From positions 1-39,840 of the forward strand of contig CAVYAN010000126.1 of assembly GCA_963766075.1 (NCBI GenBank): 39,840 bases of DNA, in the 5' to 3' direction. The notes under the pieces were generated by a model. That model made no database searches and was not told where the DNA came from. It saw only the letters and a list, made by a program, of their open reading frames with translations. This document shows positions 1 through 10,446 of this stretch, piece after piece. The position numbers were made by a program, and so were the translations under genes. The stretch is from an uncultured cyanobacterium (GTDB taxonomy: Bacteria; Cyanobacteriota; Cyanobacteriia; Leptolyngbyales; Leptolyngbyaceae). Position 1 is the stretch's first letter. The number at the start of each line of letters is the position of its first letter.

Positions 1-473
1 TTCCTAGGAGTCAATTTAATTTTTACGGTGTGTGTTCCACGACAGCGGGTCTCGATTGGATATGTCAGTTGGATGTATTCGTTCTAGACCATTGGTTCTA
101 GAAAAGGGCGACTTCATATTCTTGAATAACCCAAAGTTTCGTGAATTTGTGAGTCCCTGGATATTCTTGTAACGATTGATTTTTCTATATGATTTGTTCC
201 CTGATACGTTAGAGATTTCTATACCGATTGGGCCTATGAATAATGTTTAATCTGGTTTATCTACGGATTTACTCTGTTGTAACTAAGTTTGTTGCTGCGT
301 ATATCCTATCCCCCTCCCTGCGGTATTTCAGGCTAAGCCTGATGCAGGGATGACTACTCTAGGCTAATCGCCTGCGCTAGTGTTAACTCCCCCTTAACTC
401 CCGCTGACCTTTGGTTCACGTTAATTTCGTCTCATATTAATTTCGTCTTTCGATGAACAGGAGTCTTTAGAAC

Positions 474-1646
474 ATGTCTGACGCATCTTCATCTGGCCGC
501 ACGGCAGAAACCAACAACAAGTTTCCCAATGGAATGGGCCAGAATTTGCCGTATTTTATGGACGGGGCAAATTCTGATTCCCAACCGCAGAAGCCATTCG
601 TATCGCTGGTGACCCCAGCCTATAACGAAGCGATTATTCTGGAAAAAAACTTGGTCATATTGTGTGACTACATGCGCTCCCTAGAAGCCCAATATCGTTG
701 GGAACTGATTGTTGTTAACGATGGCAGCCGGGATGAGACGGGTCGAGTTGCAGAAGCGTTTGCTCACGATCACCGCAATGTGCGCGTGGTGCACCATCCC
801 ACTAATTTTGGCATGGGGCAAGCTCTCCGAACCGGGTTTGAGCAGGCACGCGGCGAGTACATTGTCGTTCTGGATATGGATTTGAGTTTCGCGCCGGAGC
901 ATGTGGAGCGCTTGCTGGACAAAATCCGCAAGACCCATGCCGATGTGGTCACGGCATCGCCCTACATGAAAGGCGGTAGAGTGTCCAATGTGCCTTGGAT
1001 TCGTTTGATGCTCAGCATTGGAGCCAACTGGTTCCTTTCCTTTGCAACCAAAAAGAAATTCACTAGCATCACTGGCATGGCAAGAGCCTACGATGCTAAG
1101 TTTTTGCGGACGCTCAATTTGCGATCGCGGGGAATGGACATCAACCCTGAAATTATTCACAAAGCCAGCCTGTTGGAAGCGCGGGTTGAAGAGATTCCGG
1201 CGCACTTGGGCTGGATTCCCCAGGACGATGTGCCCAAGTCCCAACGCCGCAAGTCCAGCATGACGACGGGCAAGATTCTGAAGCATTCTTGGGCGATCGT
1301 GTTTTTTGGATTTCTGTTCCGCCCGGTGATGTTTTTCCTGCTGCCCAGTTTGCTATTTTTTGCGCTCTCCTGCTACTCGGGAGGGTGGGCACTTGTGCAT
1401 ACCTGGGATAACTACAACACACTAGTAGCACAGCCAACCACTTTATCCAGCTTAGATGGTGCGGTTTCCGTCGCTGTTGCCGAAGCATTTCAGCAGTCTC
1501 CCCACTCATTCATTCTGGGGGGGATGTCATTTATGATTGCGATTCAGCTTTTCAGTCTGGGCGTCCTATCCATCCAAAGCAAGCGTTATTTCGAGGAAAT
1601 CTTCAATTTGGGAACCTCGATTTACAAGTCAACCCCTCGTCAATGA
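474..1646 (+). CDS. Glycosyltransferase family 2 (DPM1/ArnC-like polyprenyl-phosphate glycosyltransferase) with C-terminal TM helices
   Basis: SLVTPAYNE, VVNDGSRD, NFGMGQAL and VVLDMDL (DxD) motifs; two hydrophobic C-terminal segments; AGGAG RBS upstream of ATG 474. Confidence 0.9.
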   Translation: MSDASSSGRTAETNNKFPNGMGQNLPYFMDGANSDSQPQKPFVSLVTPAYNEAIILEKNLVILCDYMRSLEAQYRWELIVVNDGSRDETGRVAEAFAHDHRNVRVVHHPTNFGMGQALRTGFEQARGEYIVVLDMDLSFAPEHVERLLDKIRKTHADVVTASPYMKGGRVSNVPWIRLMLSIGANWFLSFATKKKFTSITGMARAYDAKFLRTLNLRSRGMDINPEIIHKASLLEARVEEIPAHLGWIPQDDVPKSQRRKSSMTTGKILKHSWAIVFFGFLFRPVMFFLLPSLLFFALSCYSGGWALVHTWDNYNTLVAQPTTLSSLDGAVSVAVAEAFQQSPHSFILGGMSFMIAIQLFSLGVLSIQSKRYFEEIFNLGTSIYKSTPRQ

Positions 1647-1835
1647 GGGCGTAACGGGTGGTTTCTAGTTCCTGGCATATCGGGGAGTCTGGGCACTTCC
1701 CGATGTCGGGGCCACCACAATGGCCGTTAAGTGCTTCTGGTTGGCTGGGAATCTGGTTGGTTTAGGATATGTCTGAGTCCGATCGCGGCTGGTCAAAACT
1801 ATTTGTTCAGGTTATTTTTTGAGACTTCTTCAACG

Positions 1836-3131
1836 ATGAAAATTGCTGTTATTGGCGCAGGGATGATGGGATTGACCCTGGCTTATCGCCTATCCCAACA
1901 GGGGCATCAGGTGACATTGTTTGAAGGCAGCCAACAACTGGGTGGCCTCACAACTCACCATGACTATGGTTCGTTTGTTTGGGATCGCTTCTATCATGTG
2001 ATTTTACCGTCCGATCAGGCTCTCATTGGATTGTTGCGAGAGGTGGGGCTGGGGGATCAACTGCGGTGGGGTAAGACACTCACCGGATTCTATGGCGATC
2101 GCCAATTCCATCCGATTAGTAATACCGTTGAGTTTTTGCGGTTCCCTCCCCTGAACCTGATTGACAAGATCCGGTTGGCCTTTACGCTGATTTATGGTTC
2201 GCGGGTTAAAAACTGGAAACGCTTGGAGCAGATTCGGGCTGAGAGCTGGCTGATGCGCCTGTCGGGCCGGGGCACCTATGAGAAAATGTGGAAACCCCTG
2301 CTGCGGGCTAAATTGGGCGAGAACTATAAACGGGTTTCGGCGGTGTTTATTTGGGCCTACATTACCCGATTGTTTTCGGCCCGTGATTCTTCCTTGAAAA
2401 AGGAGGAGTTGGGTTATGTGCAAGGGGGCTACAAAACGGTATTTGATCGCCTCGCTTCACTGATTCAGGCCAAAGGCGGTGCTGTCAGGACGGGAGTAGC
2501 GGTGAATTATATTGGGCCGCGTCCGGACGGGGGACTGTGGGTTGAGCACAGCGGGCAGAAGGAGCACTTTGACAAAGTGTGCTTTACAGGCCCGGTCAAT
2601 ATCCTGCAACAAGTGGCGGCGCAAGAGTTGGTCAGCGTGGGGGGCGATCGCGGCTTAGTCGAATACCTAGGCGTGATCTGCATGGTTCTGTTGACACGCA
2701 AGCCGCTGGTCCCCTACTACGTGGTTAATATTGCCGATCAACAGCTTCCCTTTACGGGCGTGATTGGCATGAGTAACTTGGTGTCCTTGCAGGAAACCAA
2801 TGGGCTACACATGACCTTTTTGCCTAAATATGTGCTGTCCGATGATCCCATGATGCAGCAGTCTGATGACGAGATTACACGCCTATTTTTTGATGGTTTG
2901 CGCGCCATGTTTCCTCATCTGAACGATGACGATATTGTGGCTGCGCCGATCAACCGGGCTTTCAAAGTGCAACCGCTGCAAGTCTTAAATTATTCCCAAA
3001 TCGTTCCGCATACTACGGCAACAAACAATGACTTTTTCATCTTGAACACGTCACAACTGGTTCAAGATAATCCCAACAACAATGCGGTGGTTAGGCATGT
3101 TGATCAATTTCTAAAGGATAATTTTTTCTAG
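1836..3131 (+). CDS. NAD(P)/FAD-dependent oxidoreductase (protoporphyrinogen oxidase/amine oxidase-like fold)
   Basis: Rossmann motif MKIAVIGAGMMG from ATG 1836, the likely true start within ORF 1731..3131; LFEGSQQLGG and WDRFYH motifs. Confidence 0.85.
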   Translation: MKIAVIGAGMMGLTLAYRLSQQGHQVTLFEGSQQLGGLTTHHDYGSFVWDRFYHVILPSDQALIGLLREVGLGDQLRWGKTLTGFYGDRQFHPISNTVEFLRFPPLNLIDKIRLAFTLIYGSRVKNWKRLEQIRAESWLMRLSGRGTYEKMWKPLLRAKLGENYKRVSAVFIWAYITRLFSARDSSLKKEELGYVQGGYKTVFDRLASLIQAKGGAVRTGVAVNYIGPRPDGGLWVEHSGQKEHFDKVCFTGPVNILQQVAAQELVSVGGDRGLVEYLGVICMVLLTRKPLVPYYVVNIADQQLPFTGVIGMSNLVSLQETNGLHMTFLPKYVLSDDPMMQQSDDEITRLFFDGLRAMFPHLNDDDIVAAPINRAFKVQPLQVLNYSQIVPHTTATNNDFFILNTSQLVQDNPNNNAVVRHVDQFLKDNFF

Positions 3132-3329
3132 CCATGACCCAAGTGATATTGACTAGAAAATTGGTCGTCCTATGTAAAGATTAATGGTGAATTAAGTGAT
3201 GAATACTGATTTAGCTTTATCCGGCTCTGGTTATTCTCTCGGGGTCTCTCTCGTCTGAACGAATATCTGGATCTTTCATCTTCAGTATGATTAGATGAGT
3301 TCGCCCATTATTCACACCTTCTAAGCGGT

Positions 3330-4571
3330 ATGCCATCTAACCAGCTCTGCGCGCTGCTCCCTGAAATTTCTGGTCACTATATAATTGCAGACTATGCCCC
3401 AGGTAGCGCCGTAGAGAATATGTTGCAATTTTCCTTGGTCATTCCAACCTATAACGAAAGTGGCAATATTGAACGCATCATTGAGATCCTAACAGAACTC
3501 TTGGATACGTTTATTCCTCGCGATTATGAACTGATCGTTGTGGATGATGATAGCCCGGATGGGACGGCAGCCCGCGCTCAGGCTCTGATGTCTCGCTATT
3601 CGCAGCTCCAGGTCATGTGTCGTCAGCAAGAGCGTGGCCTATCGTCAGCGGTGGTGCGCGGATGGCAATGTGCCCGAGGAGAAATCCTGGGCGTTATTGA
3701 TGGCGATTTACAGCATCCACCAGAAACATTGATTCAGCTCCTGACGAAAATGCAGCAGGGGGCTGATTTAGCGGTGGCGAGTCGGCATGTGGAGGGCGGT
3801 GGCGTGAGTACATGGAGATTAATGCGGCGTTTCCTTTCGCGGGGGGCGCAACTGCTCGGGTTGTTGATTCTGCCTCATGTGGTAGGACGGATCAGCGATC
3901 CAATGAGTGGCTATTTCCTGGTGCGCCGGAGTGCGATCGCTAATTGCGAGCTGAGCCCTACGGGGTATAAAATCTTACTTGAGGCGTTGGGTCGGGGTGC
4001 TGTAAATCGGATCGCTGAGGTGGGCTATGTCTTTCAAGAACGCCAGGTTGGCGAAAGCAAAGTGACGTGGAAGCAGTCTGTTGAATATATTGCCCATTTG
4101 CTGCATCTCCGCTCGCGGGGGCGGATTAGTCGCCTGCAACGCCGCTACCAGGTCCCCGTGACCCGATTCCTGCGCTTTGCCCTGGTGGGTCTGAGTGGGG
4201 TGTTTGTCGATATGGTGATGTTTTATCTGCTCAGTGATCCCAGTACTTTGGCCTGGGGGTTGACGCGCAGTAAGGCGATCGCGGCGGAGGTTGCGATTTT
4301 CAATAACTTCCTGTGGAACGATCTCTGGACGTTTGGCGATTTGTCCCAGCAGCAGAGGGGTTGGCAACCGCGCCTCAAACGCTTTCTGAAGTTCAACATC
4401 ATTTGTCTGGCGGGGGTCGTGCTGAACATTCTGATTTTGAACGTCCTGTTCAACAGTTTGGGCATTAACCGCTATTTCGCAAATCTGATGGCGATCGCCC
4501 TGGTTACCCTTTGGAACTTCTGGATCAACCTGAAGTTGGGCTGGCGGGTTACTGATGTCCAGTCCAGATGA
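3330..4571 (+). CDS. GT2 polyprenol-phosphate glycosyltransferase fused to a C-terminal GtrA-like flippase domain
   Basis: FSLVIPTYNE, VDDDSPDGT, IDGDLQHPP, SDPMSGYF; C-terminal RFLRFALVGLSGVFVD...NNFLWN...WTF...WNFWIN GtrA signature. Confidence 0.9.
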   Translation: MPSNQLCALLPEISGHYIIADYAPGSAVENMLQFSLVIPTYNESGNIERIIEILTELLDTFIPRDYELIVVDDDSPDGTAARAQALMSRYSQLQVMCRQQERGLSSAVVRGWQCARGEILGVIDGDLQHPPETLIQLLTKMQQGADLAVASRHVEGGGVSTWRLMRRFLSRGAQLLGLLILPHVVGRISDPMSGYFLVRRSAIANCELSPTGYKILLEALGRGAVNRIAEVGYVFQERQVGESKVTWKQSVEYIAHLLHLRSRGRISRLQRRYQVPVTRFLRFALVGLSGVFVDMVMFYLLSDPSTLAWGLTRSKAIAAEVAIFNNFLWNDLWTFGDLSQQQRGWQPRLKRFLKFNIICLAGVVLNILILNVLFNSLGINRYFANLMAIALVTLWNFWINLKLGWRVTDVQSR

Positions 4572-4650
4572 GCCAGATCCAAATGAACCCGAGTTTTAAT
4601 GTTTCGAGATTTCAATGTTTTGAGAATGTGTGTAAGGACTCCTGAAAATC

Positions 4651-5658
4651 ATGAAAGTAAAAACTAAACCCATTGCTAGCCTCTCCCTTGACCTGGATAA
4701 TCTGTGGTCCTACTTAAAAATTCATGGCGATCCGGGCTGGGAGTCCTATCCTTCCTATCTCAGTTTGGCCGTGCCCCGCGCCCTGGAATTTTTGAAGGAG
4801 CGTAATCTCAAGATCACCTTCTTTATCGTGGGGCAGGATGCCGCCCTCGAGAAAAATCGTCACGCCATTCGGTCCATTGCCCAAGCGGGACACGAAATCG
4901 GCAATCACTCTTTTCATCACGAGTCCTGGCTGCACCTGTACTCCGAGGCGGAAATTGAGCGGGAAGTGGCCACGGCGGAAGCGGCAATCGAGTACGTCAC
5001 CGGCGTCCATACCACTGGATTCCGAGGGCCGGGATTTAGCTACTCTCCGGCTCTGTTGCAAGTCTTAGTCCGGCGCGGATACCACTACGATGCCTCAACG
5101 TTTCCGACCTTTCTGGGTCCCATTGCCCGCGCCTACTACTTCATGACCAGCAATTTGAGTAAAGAAGAGCGGGAAAAACGCAAGGCGCTCTATGGCAGTT
5201 TCAAAGATGGTCTACAGCCGCTGAAGCCCTACCATTGGCGCATGGAAAACAACCAACGCCTGGTCGAAATCCCCGTCACCACGATGCCCCTGATTAAAAT
5301 TCCGATTCACTTCACCTATGTAATGTATCTGAGTGTCTTTTCGCAACCGCTGGCCCTGCTCTATTTCCGCATCGCCCTTTGGCTGTGCAAACTCACGGGT
5401 ACCCAACCGTCTTTGCTGCTCCATCCCGTCGATTTCTTGGGTGCTGAGGATGTCCCCGAACTAGCCTTCTTCCCCACGATGAACCTGCCGACCTACAAAA
5501 AATTAGCCACCTTGAGTAAGGTGCTGAAGCTATTGGCCCAGCAGTTTACCGTGGTGCCCATGGGGCAACATGCTCAACGCATTAGTGAAAGTGCTCGGCT
5601 GCCGGTGCTAGATCCCAAACCGCGTGCAGAGCAGGGGGCAGTGGCATGGCGAGCCTAA
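4651..5658 (+). CDS. Polysaccharide deacetylase (CE4/NodB family)
   Basis: SLDLD, TFFIVG, HEIGNHSFHH, GFRGPG, YDAS and LLHP motifs. Confidence 0.88.
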   Translation: MKVKTKPIASLSLDLDNLWSYLKIHGDPGWESYPSYLSLAVPRALEFLKERNLKITFFIVGQDAALEKNRHAIRSIAQAGHEIGNHSFHHESWLHLYSEAEIEREVATAEAAIEYVTGVHTTGFRGPGFSYSPALLQVLVRRGYHYDASTFPTFLGPIARAYYFMTSNLSKEEREKRKALYGSFKDGLQPLKPYHWRMENNQRLVEIPVTTMPLIKIPIHFTYVMYLSVFSQPLALLYFRIALWLCKLTGTQPSLLLHPVDFLGAEDVPELAFFPTMNLPTYKKLATLSKVLKLLAQQFTVVPMGQHAQRISESARLPVLDPKPRAEQGAVAWRA

Positions 5659-6671
5659 AGTCCGGGCCCTCTAAATCCCGTAAGTGGATTTCCTTGGCCT
5701 TGGGAACGGCCTTTACGGTGGTTCTGTTGTCTTGGGCGCTCAGAGGCGTGGCGTTGGAAACGGTTTGGGAAACCCTTAAACAAGCCCGTTGGGAATGGCT
5801 ATTTCTGGGCTGGTTAGCCTATTTAGCCTCCTACTGGGTCCGGGCATGGCGGTGGGGTACCCTGCTATCAACCACGGGTAAGCCGGGGCGCTTCTGGAGT
5901 CGGTTGGCAGCGATTTTTATTGGCTTTGGGGCCAACAGTGTTTTGCCGGCCTATGCTGGGGAGTTGATTCGTGCCGTGACGCTCAATCGCCTGGATGGAG
6001 TGGTGGTGGAAGCGGCAGTGGGTAGCATCTTTGCAGAGCGGCTTTTGGATGTCGGGGTGGTCTTTCTATTTCTGCTGCTGCCTCTGTGGGTGGGTGCTTT
6101 GCCGACCCACGCGAGTTTGAGTGGGTTGCCCCTGGGCTGGATTGGAGCAGTGATTGTCCTGCTATGGGCCACGTTTGTCTTGGGTGCTAGTTTTCCTGGT
6201 CAAATTGCCCAGGGGGTGGGTTCAGTGATTCAGGCGGTGGGTTTGGGACGGTTCAAAGCTCGCCTGACTTCAGGGATTGTTGGATTTTTAGAGGGGCTGA
6301 GTGTGCTTCGGCAACCGCAGCGTAGCCTGATTGCCGTGCTGGAAACAGTTGCTGTTTGGGGGCTCAACGGGGTTACCTACTGGAGTGGGTTGGTGGCTTT
6401 TGGCCTAGTCGCGCCTGGTTTCTGGGGGGCTCTGTTTACTCAGAGTGCTACGGCTTTGGCGATCGCCATTCCCTCGACGCCCGGTTATATCGGACCTTTC
6501 GAGGCGGGTATTCGGTTTTCTCTGGGCATTTATGCCATTCCGGTGAGTGCGATTATTGCCTATGCGATCGCCATGCGATTCCTGATGTACATCACTATTC
6601 CGATCATTGCCGGCATGATCGCTATGAGTCTAGGACTTTTCAAGAAAAATATCTTGGAAACGAAATCCTGA
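5646..6671 (+). CDS. Lysylphosphatidylglycerol synthase TM / UPF0104 (flippase-like) membrane protein
   Basis: RAWRW, NSVLPAYAGELIR, ERLLD and PSTPGYIGPFE motifs; many TM helices; overlaps upstream gene by 13 bp. Confidence 0.88.
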   Translation: MASLKSGPSKSRKWISLALGTAFTVVLLSWALRGVALETVWETLKQARWEWLFLGWLAYLASYWVRAWRWGTLLSTTGKPGRFWSRLAAIFIGFGANSVLPAYAGELIRAVTLNRLDGVVVEAAVGSIFAERLLDVGVVFLFLLLPLWVGALPTHASLSGLPLGWIGAVIVLLWATFVLGASFPGQIAQGVGSVIQAVGLGRFKARLTSGIVGFLEGLSVLRQPQRSLIAVLETVAVWGLNGVTYWSGLVAFGLVAPGFWGALFTQSATALAIAIPSTPGYIGPFEAGIRFSLGIYAIPVSAIIAYAIAMRFLMYITIPIIAGMIAMSLGLFKKNILETKS

Positions 6672-6887
6672 CCTTAACTCTAATAAGACCTTAAATGGGT
6701 GGGTATTTAGGCATAAGTCTCGACGCCGAGAGGAGGCTTATGCTCGTGAATTCAGCCTTTTCTCAACGGGCATTCAGACAGACACCGTTGTGTACAAGGC
6801 ATGCGAACGGGGCATATAATTACCATGTGCCGCCACAATGTGCTTCTGCCGACGGTTTTCTAAAAATATTTACGCAACGAGAATGGT

Positions 6888-8455
6888 ATGCACAGCCACA
6901 CGTCTGTTATAAGCAATCGCGCGCTTAACCCGATCCTCTTTGGACTAATTGTGGCTAATCTGTGCATTACTCTACCCCTAGCGTTTTGGCTGAATATCTG
7001 GTCCGATGAAGCCTACTCTTTAATGACTTCGGGTCAAGACTTTGGCCATACCCTCCATCAATCCATTTATTTCGAGAAAAATGCCCCACTTTACTATTTA
7101 CTATTGCAAGTTTTTCGGCAGATCAACGACTCCATTTTCTTTTCAAGATTACTATCTGTACTGTGTATTTCCCTAACTATCTATATTTCTGCATTTGTTT
7201 CAAACCGGTATTTACCTCAGATCTATCCCGCTTGGATTGCTGCGCTGATTGCGTTTCACCCATTTTCCATATGGGCTGCCGTAGAAATTCGCCTCTATGC
7301 CTTATCCATATTGCTTTCAGCTTTACTGTTACTGCTATTTCATGATGCCTATCTTGAGGCTGCTCCGCGTTCACGAGCCAAGGTGCTGTTTATAGGAGTC
7401 GCCACTTTAGCGGTCTATACATTTATCCCGAGCGTTTTTCTGCTTACCGCATTTGGACTTGTGCTGCTTGTGGTCAGAAGACAGGCTCTACCAAGCTATG
7501 GCCTAGGAATGTTCTGCGTCGCCGTGCTATCACTGCCTTTGGGTTTTATCATTTATGAACGGTTAACGGTTCTAGATTCAGGCGTTACTTGCCCTGCTTT
7601 GCCGGGCGGTGACTCTTTTTCATTATCTGTAGGGCTGCGAACAGTGGGCCGGAGCATGCTTTATTTTTTCTTACCGCTGACCGGCACTTATTACCAAAAT
7701 TTGCCAACTTATTTGAGAGTCATGGTTGTGGTTTTGGCGGTTGTCTTGTTGTTGTTGGCAATAAAGAATTATCGTTTTGGCGATCACAACCATCGGACAG
7801 TATGGTTGCTATTTATTCCTGCTTCTCTGGTTTTGTCCATTGGCATGGCCATAGCAAAAACCCATGGAATCAGGTATGCAACGATTATTTTTATTCCAGT
7901 TTTGCTCTTGGTATTGTCCGCCTTATATTTACTGCTAAAAATCCATAGAAGAGTTGTGCTTCTGTACGTGATTTTGATTTTTATGGCTTATGGTTCGACT
8001 CTATTGACTGTTTATGGCGCAATGGCCAAGCCAGGAGATCTCAATCGGGTGATTTCTTACATCAATGCTTCAGAAAGGCCGAATCAGCCCATTCTGGTTT
8101 TTTGACGGGGACCGCCACCCCGCTGGCGTATTTGTATAAGGGGCCTAATACCATCATTGCGTTGCCAGAAGCGGAACGCTTTGACGGTCCAGATAACTGG
8201 TGCAAGTATTTTCTGAAGAATGAACAGCAAATCCTGACAGCGCTCTCCCCCGCTGCCAAAAGTGCCCCCTTAATCTGGTTAGTGACTGAACATCCGGGGC
8301 TGGGTGCGATTTCGGAGTACAGGGCTAGCTTTCCGGTGTTGGATAATTTCGTCGATAAATATTATCAGGTTGAGTCCAGCCAGGATTTCTACGGTGCAAA
8401 TGTGCGGGTTTTGCGCCGGAAGGGCGCGCTCCAAACGATTAGCCCCGGTTCTTAA
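6888..8455 (+). CDS. GT-C fold (PMT_2/ArnT-like) integral membrane glycosyltransferase; frameshift near 8100
   Basis: NIWSDEAYS, PLYYLLL and EIRLY motifs with many TM helices. ORF 6888..8105 continues in ORF 8102..8455 (soluble C-terminal domain, IWLV motif) across a T run. Confidence 0.8.
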
Positions 8456-8891
8456 TAATCATGACGTCCACAATCTTGGTCGCTGTGGCGTGATCCAGCG
8501 CCAGCACTTGGCATAGATCCTTCAAAAAATTCTGTTCTTCACCGGATACGAGGCCATCGGAGAGGACTAAGTCTGTGGCAACGGCGAAGGCGGTGGCATG
8601 GAGCGTTTCAGGAATGGCCTGCTTGGCGACCCTAAACAGCGTGTCCACGCCCTCTTGCTGAAGTTGATAGCAAAGAGTGCCGAGGAGTTGCTGCAGGGCT
8701 TCATCCGTGTATTCACTAAACAAATGCATCCGTGACAGACTGGAGAGCAGGGCGTCGGATTCTTCAGGGGCAAGATAGCCATCGGAGGCGATCGCCGCCA
8801 CAATGATTGCTGCAAAGGCCGTAGCCGGTGGCATTTCCGTGACGACTGAATGGGTCGGCGAACTGGCAAACATTGGGTTGAGCAGCCCCAT
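8439..8891 (-). CDS. Tellurite resistance TerB family protein
   Basis: AIASDGYLAPEE and DLVLSDGLVSGEE repeated acidic motifs; C-terminal KIVDVMIIKNRG. Confidence 0.85.
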   Translation of the reverse strand: MGLLNPMFASSPTHSVVTEMPPATAFAAIIVAAIASDGYLAPEESDALLSSLSRMHLFSEYTDEALQQLLGTLCYQLQQEGVDTLFRVAKQAIPETLHATAFAVATDLVLSDGLVSGEEQNFLKDLCQVLALDHATATKIVDVMIIKNRG

Positions 8892-9203
8892 GGCGTATTC
8901 CTCTGGATGTATAGTTTCAAGGTTCCCTTTTCGAGCTGAAATGACGCAATGGAACTAGGGGCTAAATTTCAGGGTACGTATTACGCCATTTCAGGTCGAT
9001 GCACGTGTTATCCTGCTGAATTTATGGATTACGCGAGTTATGGTTTGGGTTATAGGTGTGTCGTCTGGTATGGATAGGCGAAAATCGGTGGGATAGACCA
9101 TTTAATTGATATATTGATATCGCCAGGGCTGTCTGGTACCACTCCGGCATTACACTAAACGGGGTTCCAATCTAAGAGTGGCGTTCTTCCGTTCAGGGCA
9201 AGG

Positions 9204-9974
9204 ATGAAAGTAGTGACGGATTTTCGGTTAAGTCAAGGGGATGCGGTGGAGTGGTTGCGATCGCTGCCCGATGCGTCCGTGGATCTGGTGATCACCGACC
9301 CGCCCTACGAATCCTTGGAAAAATACCGCAACATCGGCACAACGACTCGCCTGAAACACAGCAAAGCCTCCAGCAACAATTGGTTTCAGATTTTCCCCAA
9401 CGATCGCTTCGAGTCTCTATTCATCGAACTCTATCGCGTGTTGCAAAAGCACCGCCATTTCTATTTATTTTGCGACGCGGAGACGATGTTTATTGTTAAA
9501 CCGATCGCCGAAGCGGTAGGGTTTAAATTCTGGAAACCTCTCGTATGGGATAAGCAAAAAATTGGCATGGGCTACCATTACCGAGCCCGCTACGAATTTA
9601 TTTTGTTTTTTGAAAAAGGTAAGCGTAAACTCAAGGATCTTTCAGTGCCAGACATTATTGCCTGCCCGCGAATTTTCAACGGCTATCCATCGGAAAAGCC
9701 TGTCGCCTTGGTCCAGCAGTTGATTCGTCAGAGTTCCGAGATCGGCGAAGTGGTGATTGATCCGTTTATGGGATCGGGGAGTACTGGAGTGGCGGCGATT
9801 CAGCAACAGTGCCAGTTTTGGGGGAATGACATCTGCCGTGAAGCCTGGGATATTACCGATCAGCGCTTGCAGGCAGTCCTGAAGTCTGAACTGAATCGGG
9901 GCAATGCTGGGATCGACACTATCGACACTATCGACAATACGGGGATTAACGAGGACGAGGTGAAGCCGATATGA
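9204..9974 (+). CDS. Site-specific DNA amino-methyltransferase (N4C/N6A, beta class)
   Basis: DLVITDPPY (motif IV) precedes YPSEKP and VIDPFMGSGSTG (motif I). Confidence 0.92.
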   Translation: MKVVTDFRLSQGDAVEWLRSLPDASVDLVITDPPYESLEKYRNIGTTTRLKHSKASSNNWFQIFPNDRFESLFIELYRVLQKHRHFYLFCDAETMFIVKPIAEAVGFKFWKPLVWDKQKIGMGYHYRARYEFILFFEKGKRKLKDLSVPDIIACPRIFNGYPSEKPVALVQQLIRQSSEIGEVVIDPFMGSGSTGVAAIQQQCQFWGNDICREAWDITDQRLQAVLKSELNRGNAGIDTIDTIDNTGINEDEVKPI

Positions 9975-10429
9975 CTGGACATGAATATGCCAACTTAATC
10001 GCCCACTATGTTTTTAATAATTTTAGTCATCGTGGCATCACGATCTATCGAGAAGTCAACATTGGCAAGACCATTATTGGTAAAAATCGGCGCGTGGATA
10101 TTTTTCTAGTCAGCGAGCTGGAAAAAGAAGCCTTTGCGATTGAATGCAAATATCAGGATTCCCAAGGCACGGCGGATGAAAAGATGCCCTATGCCCTAAG
10201 TGACATGACGTCTTTGCCGATGAAGGGTTGCATTGTCTATGCGGGCAATGGGTTTTCCCAGGGGGTGCTGCACCTGTTGGAAGCCTCGGAAATTGCGGCG
10301 AACTGTTTACCGAATATTTCCGACTTGCAGTCCTCGGCCAGCACTAAGGAATTGGACCATTTGCTGGCGCTGCATTTTCGCTGGTGGGATGTGCTGGTGG
10401 CGGGGAAAAAGCCCTGGATGCCCGGTTAA
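9971..10429 (+). CDS. PD-(D/E)XK superfamily nuclease (putative restriction/nicking endonuclease)
   Basis: RRVDIF...AIECKYQ...GTADEK catalytic pattern; ATGA overlap with the MTase stop codon. Confidence 0.75.
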   Translation: MTGHEYANLIAHYVFNNFSHRGITIYREVNIGKTIIGKNRRVDIFLVSELEKEAFAIECKYQDSQGTADEKMPYALSDMTSLPMKGCIVYAGNGFSQGVLHLLEASEIAANCLPNISDLQSSASTKELDHLLALHFRWWDVLVAGKKPWMPG

Positions 10430-10446
10430 AAGCCGAGCGGCAGGCA

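Noticed and set aside
315..350. Hairpin tccctgc...tcaggc-taa-gcctga-tgcaggga upstream of the GT2 cluster as a riboswitch or terminator
   Set aside because: A single stem with no U-tract and no recognisable aptamer consensus
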